From the sequence record NC_010152.1: a stretch of 39,577 bases of DNA; one strand, written 5' to 3'. Shown here piece by piece: positions 35,610 through 39,577 of this stretch. A program made the translations under genes and the position numbers. How positions within the stretch are numbered: the first letter of the stretch is position 1; each line of letters starts with the position of its first letter. The notes under the pieces are model-generated. The model did no database searches. It was not told the DNA's origin and worked only from the letters and a program-made list of their open reading frames with translations.

Positions 35610-36029
35610 ATGGGATTCGTTCGCCACGACCCTAAAGAGTTAATATGGCAGAGTGACATCTCGTTCGCACTACATGCGTCGGACGACTTCCTAGTTGTAA
35701 ATGTAGCTAGAGAAATAGAAAACCCAAAAGCAAAAATATGGCTAAAGTATGACGACTTTGTACCGATCGACGCTGAAGACTTGCTAACAGTAGCTGAAAT
35801 AGCCAAGTCAAGATTTGAAAGAGAGCAAAAGACGCTTATACACTGTATAGCTGGAGTCCATCGTAGTGTAACATTCGCCCTAGCATCACTTATGTACGTG
35901 TATAACGTTAAAATAAAGGAAGCAATGAAAATGTTATGCCCACCATGCATTGACTTTAATACTTACGTGCACGAAATACCATATCATTTTTTATCCCTAG
36001 AGGAGTTTTATACTAGGTACATGAGGTGA
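35610..36029 (+). CDS. Dual-specificity/protein-tyrosine phosphatase (139 aa)
   Basis: TLIHCIAGVHRS (HCX5R P-loop) with an upstream DD general-acid candidate. Confidence 0.92.
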   Translation: MGFVRHDPKELIWQSDISFALHASDDFLVVNVAREIENPKAKIWLKYDDFVPIDAEDLLTVAEIAKSRFEREQKTLIHCIAGVHRSVTFALASLMYVYNVKIKEAMKMLCPPCIDFNTYVHEIPYHFLSLEEFYTRYMR

Positions 36030-36036
36030 GTAAAAA

Positions 36037-36234
36037 ATGGGAGACGATATAATAATAGATGCGATAGCAGTAACTGGTGCAATAATAATAGCGTCTCTTC
36101 TAATACTAATCTCAGCAACAAATCCTTCACTCTTCGACAACCAGAATTTCGACAATATGTTAAACGAATTAATTATAGCTATCGCATCGGTTATATCATA
36201 TACGCTTGGTAAAAACGCAAAAAGATCGGGATGA
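36037..36234 (+). CDS. Small two-TM membrane protein (65 aa)
   Basis: GAGGTGA SD; two hydrophobic helices. Confidence 0.75.
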   Translation: MGDDIIIDAIAVTGAIIIASLLILISATNPSLFDNQNFDNMLNELIIAIASVISYTLGKNAKRSG

Positions 36235-36241
36235 ATGAAAA

Positions 36242-36715
36242 ATGGAGAGTATTGAGGAGTATTTCAAAAAAAGAGAATGCGATTATTGGAGAGAGTATCC
36301 ACACGCATATGGCATGCTTAACGTGTACCAACGTAGTATACAGATAGTAGGAGCTGATTGTGGATCAACGGCTTTGTATTTCTTATTAAGAGGTGCGTCG
36401 TTTGTTGTTCAGTATGAGAAAGAAGAACACCTACGAAAAAAATGGGAAGAAGTATGTGCTTATTTCAACATTTGCAATAAGGCAGTAATGAAGGGAGAGT
36501 GGGATGGAGTATACGAGAATGTTGATATCTTTGTAATGGATTGTGAAGGTTGCGAGGAAAAGCTAAACGTAAATATGCTTACCAGATACAAACAATGGTG
36601 CGTTGGAATACACGATTGGACAAAGAATCGTGTCGAACTACTAAGAAAAATGGAAGGAGCAACTTTCACTTACGTGAGTGACGACGGAAGAGAAATAACT
36701 CTTTGTAAAATTTAA
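36242..36715 (+). CDS. SAM-dependent methyltransferase, FkbM-like (157 aa)
   Basis: IVGADCGSTALYF..RGA..V..YE and VMDCEGCE. Confidence 0.85.
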   Translation: MESIEEYFKKRECDYWREYPHAYGMLNVYQRSIQIVGADCGSTALYFLLRGASFVVQYEKEEHLRKKWEEVCAYFNICNKAVMKGEWDGVYENVDIFVMDCEGCEEKLNVNMLTRYKQWCVGIHDWTKNRVELLRKMEGATFTYVSDDGREITLCKI

Positions 36716-37419
36716 AACCACTTTGCGATTTTTTTAAAGAAGTTTATTATGTCATTAGCGATTTTAACGTCAGTTTGCGGAATTTCTATAATCACTCTTG
36801 GAGTCACAACTGTCCCTACTTCGTCAATGCTAAAACAGTAAGAGAAGACAGCATAAGGGTCAGGGGGTGAAGCTACGGTAATTCCTGCCTCTTGCTCATA
36901 TTCTACGACTTCGGCATAATCATAAATGATCGCATACAAATTCAAAGAGCCAGGCTTAACCTCTATTAAACGACCACTAAGAGAGACCAAGTTGATGAAA
37001 CCGTACTCAGGAACGCAAATCACCGAATTCGGAGGAAGAGAAAAGACAAAACCAACTGTCAATCTGTTAGAAGGAGGTCTTAAGATAGCTAGAGAGTACA
37101 AGGGAATGTCGTTAAGGTCGTTAATATAGGTCGAGGCACCGTTACCGAAGTAAACGTCAGCAAAAGCATTACCAAAAATGTACTCCGGGACAGCGTATTG
37201 CTGACCGTTAATATTAAGAACTGCACCCCTAAGCAACGACACGAACTTACGCTCAGATGTTTTATTAACGAAAATCCAAGTTACCTCGCCTTGACTAGGA
37301 TTGTACGTGTAGTAGAGAGCAAGAGAATCATTCTCCCATAGTTTCGTAGCACCCTGAGGAATACTCTGAACAACTTTTATCGACTTTACATCTGCACGAA
37401 AATGCCTCATGTTCACCAA
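36712..37419 (-). CDS. Hypothetical protein (235 aa; start may be ATG 37410)
   Basis: Long ORF; TTTATATT upstream; amphipathic C-terminal helix. Confidence 0.75.
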   Translation of the reverse strand: MVNMRHFRADVKSIKVVQSIPQGATKLWENDSLALYYTYNPSQGEVTWIFVNKTSERKFVSLLRGAVLNINGQQYAVPEYIFGNAFADVYFGNGASTYINDLNDIPLYSLAILRPPSNRLTVGFVFSLPPNSVICVPEYGFINLVSLSGRLIEVKPGSLNLYAIIYDYAEVVEYEQEAGITVASPPDPYAVFSYCFSIDEVGTVVTPRVIIEIPQTDVKIANDIINFFKKIAKWF

Positions 37420-37467
37420 ATAAAATATAAACTCCTAGAAAGTAAAAAAGATTGTGGGTAAACAAGA

Positions 37468-37752
37468 ATGGTAAGCTTATTCCACTTCAAGAAAGAGATT
37501 AAAACACCCAGATCACTCTTCGTATCAACAAAAACAGAAATGCCACTAGTATTAATGGTAGCAATAGGAAAACATCATGCAGTAGGAATTGGAGAAGTTG
37601 GAGATAAATCAGCAACAGTAGAAAAATTCATACCACCATTCGGAGTGAAACCAACACCAGAAGAAATAGCAAAAGAATTACTGAAAAAACTAGATGTACC
37701 AAAAGACGAGTGGGAAACAATACTAGCAACAAGAAAAGAAATCACTTTTTGA
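37468..37752 (+). CDS. Hypothetical protein (94 aa)
   Basis: Divergent from ORF235; typical composition. Confidence 0.7.
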   Translation: MVSLFHFKKEIKTPRSLFVSTKTEMPLVLMVAIGKHHAVGIGEVGDKSATVEKFIPPFGVKPTPEEIAKELLKKLDVPKDEWETILATRKEITF

Positions 37753-38377
37753 GCTCTTTCGCCCTCGAGATAGAACACATTATCTCGAACATGTTCTCCC
37801 AGGATAATAAGTACTTGGGATTACCATGAAAAAGAAACACTGACTCGATGTCCTCGACGACAACCTCATTCCCATAGTACACCTTACCGTCTCTGACGAC
37901 GAACTTAGAAGGATAACGAGCCATAAGACAAGCAATGTGATACTTGTAAGGTGTAACATTAGGATCCAAAGTAATCGTAGCATAAACTGGTTCACAGTAA
38001 AAATATTCACCGTCGAGTTCGTACATTGCAACAGAATTGTCAAGAAGCTTAACAAAATCAGCACCCAACAAATAAAGAACTCTACATGGATAACCAACAG
38101 AATTCATTGCAAGCTTCTTTGCATTCTGCACCGACGTGAAACGTACTACTGGGAATGGAGAAAATAACGATATATCATGATAATCATAAACACAACCCTT
38201 CAGAACCTCCATAGCATATAATATGAGCTCATTACCAGATTTATTAGTCGCAAGATCAACCATTGCAACAAAATTATCTGGCAACGTCGACCCGTAATAA
38301 TATGTGAACCCCGAAGGAGTAATTATACCACCATAATATCTATCACGTGAAGCAAGAAGTACGGGAACAGTAGTCAT
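37742..38377 (-). CDS. Hypothetical protein (211 aa)
   Basis: ATGA overlap with the upstream ORF; GGAGG SD. Confidence 0.8.
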   Translation of the reverse strand: MTTVPVLLASRDRYYGGIITPSGFTYYYGSTLPDNFVAMVDLATNKSGNELILYAMEVLKGCVYDYHDISLFSPFPVVRFTSVQNAKKLAMNSVGYPCRVLYLLGADFVKLLDNSVAMYELDGEYFYCEPVYATITLDPNVTPYKYHIACLMARYPSKFVVRDGKVYYGNEVVVEDIESVFLFHGNPKYLLSWENMFEIMCSISRAKELKK

Positions 38378-39093
38378 ATTTTCGCCTCCAACTTCTTCCT
38401 CATATCCTTTATACGTTCCTCATTCATAACTTCACGATAAACTGGAACTACCATATCGAAAAGCTCTAGAAGATCTTTACCCTTTATCTTGTACTTAGTG
38501 TTGGCAACGGGGAATTTATAACAACGAACCTCCATTTCCCTCAAATATTTTACAGCACCATAATTATAAAGCTTACCGTTTACAATACCAGATAATTCTG
38601 ACCTAACTAGGAAATAATCATCTGGAGCACAATACTTGGGATCATATTTAGCAACGAGAATAACGGGTCTTGGTGCATCAATAGCAAAAAGAAGAGCGGA
38701 AGCGGAAAGATAAGACCAATAAGTTAAGTATGTATCCTTACCACCAACAAGATGAACAATACCATTACTAGTATAGAAACCATAGTTATTGTTCTCCACG
38801 TAATCTAAAGACGTACCACGATAAATTAAAGCACCTTGAAGAGAAATGGAATTCCACTCATTAACTAGGTCGTAAATCTCCTTAAATACATAACCATCAA
38901 ACTTAGGAGATGCAGAAGGATCATTAAGTAACAAATCGTGAAAAGTGTTATTCATTAAATTGACGATATCGGAGGGCAAAAGATAGTCAATACTGTAATA
39001 ATACGGGAGAAGGTGATATACTTTCTTCATGAAAGGTAACTTCATAATAACGTCAGCAACGACATCAGTAGGTAACATTATAGCCCAACTCAT
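38374..39093 (-). CDS. Putative ADP-ribosyltransferase, R-S-E clade (239 aa)
   Basis: IYRG (R92), YWSYLSASALLFA (S127), PVILV and REMEV (E186-x-E188). Confidence 0.7.
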   Translation of the reverse strand: MSWAIMLPTDVVADVIMKLPFMKKVYHLLPYYYSIDYLLPSDIVNLMNNTFHDLLLNDPSASPKFDGYVFKEIYDLVNEWNSISLQGALIYRGTSLDYVENNNYGFYTSNGIVHLVGGKDTYLTYWSYLSASALLFAIDAPRPVILVAKYDPKYCAPDDYFLVRSELSGIVNGKLYNYGAVKYLREMEVRCYKFPVANTKYKIKGKDLLELFDMVVPVYREVMNEERIKDMRKKLEAKI

Positions 39094-39265
39094 GTAGAAC
39101 CTCAGTTATTTTCTTGAAAGCGTACTCATAATCATGCCCAGTATACTCGTAAAACATTTCAATCATGAGATTTAGCACGTGATGATCAATAGTATAACCA
39201 TTGATGTAACGTGACAACTTAAGAGTTTCAATCATTTTCTCAACGAGTTCGAATTCATCAACCAT
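39065..39265 (-). CDS. Hypothetical protein (66 aa)
   Basis: First gene of the rightmost leftward operon; TTTTTAAG promoter-like box upstream. Confidence 0.65.
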   Translation of the reverse strand: MVDEFELVEKMIETLKLSRYINGYTIDHHVLNLMIEMFYEYTGHDYEYAFKKITEVLHELGYNVTY

Positions 39266-39369
39266 GTGTTAAATGAATGAAAAGGAGACTTAAAAACTTT
39301 GTCGAATAAATTGTAATAAAAATACAAAAGGTAGAACAAAAAATAAGATAGAGAGAGCAAATGATATAG

Positions 39370-39577
39370 GGCACGACGACACGAGATACGACGAGCAAAC
39401 GAGAGCAAAGACGAGGAACGAAAGACGAGAAACGAGAGACAAAGGAAAGGGAAACAATGACATAGGGTACTACGAACGAAAATACGACAAACGATAAACA
39501 AAAGAACGGGAAATGAGAACGAGAAACAATGACATAGAGTACTAACGAACGAGACGTGAAGAACGAGAAAATGAGAT
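39370..39577 (-). repeat. Right terminal repeat, inverted relative to the left end
   Basis: The reverse complement of 39484-39537 matches 315-368 with 4 mismatches in 54 nt. A second unit at 39449-39480 matches the CCTATGTCATTGTTT unit. Confidence 0.9.

Noticed and set aside
35555-35950. 131-aa minus-strand ORF
   Set aside because: Antisense shadow of the phosphatase, which has a clear catalytic motif.
39232-39501. Minus-strand 89-aa ORF
   Set aside because: It runs through the right terminal repeat; low-complexity artefact.
1-39577. tRNA, rRNA, integrase, transposase or DNA polymerase genes
   Set aside because: No recognisable motifs were found by eye. A tRNAscan/Infernal run would be needed to exclude small RNAs.

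Overview
This is a near-complete linear dsDNA genome of a filamentous archaeal virus (Betalipothrixvirus, Lipothrixviridae, Ligamenvirales; Sulfolobales host). It is most likely Acidianus filamentous virus 6. The evidence is the paired SIFV-type major capsid proteins (18292-19415), the AFV3-109/AcrIII-1 gene, a 100-aa double-RHH regulator matching AvtR, and a length equal to the AFV6 length as I recall it (check against GenBank). From left to right the genome has: low-complexity inverted terminal repeats; a leftward operon with Cas4-like nuclease, Ski2/Hel308-like helicase and an Sm-like ORF; a putative SSB; an AT-rich early block of single-gene cassettes with near-identical strong promoters (AcrIII-1, an AcrIIIB1-like gene, several unknown candidates); a repeat-rich non-coding region; an XPB-like helicase; RHH regulators and an orphan Panacea-type antitoxin; a frameshifted locus ending in an AEP-like domain; the capsid genes; four glycosyltransferases; and a putative pyramid (egress) protein. 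These are followed by a trypsin-like protease that appears circularly permuted, minor virion proteins (including a 1369-aa multi-lectin fibre), a phosphatase, a methyltransferase and a putative R-S-E ADP-ribosyltransferase near the right end. I saw no DNA polymerase, integrase, tRNA or CRISPR array. All family assignments come from motif reading and memory, not from database searches.
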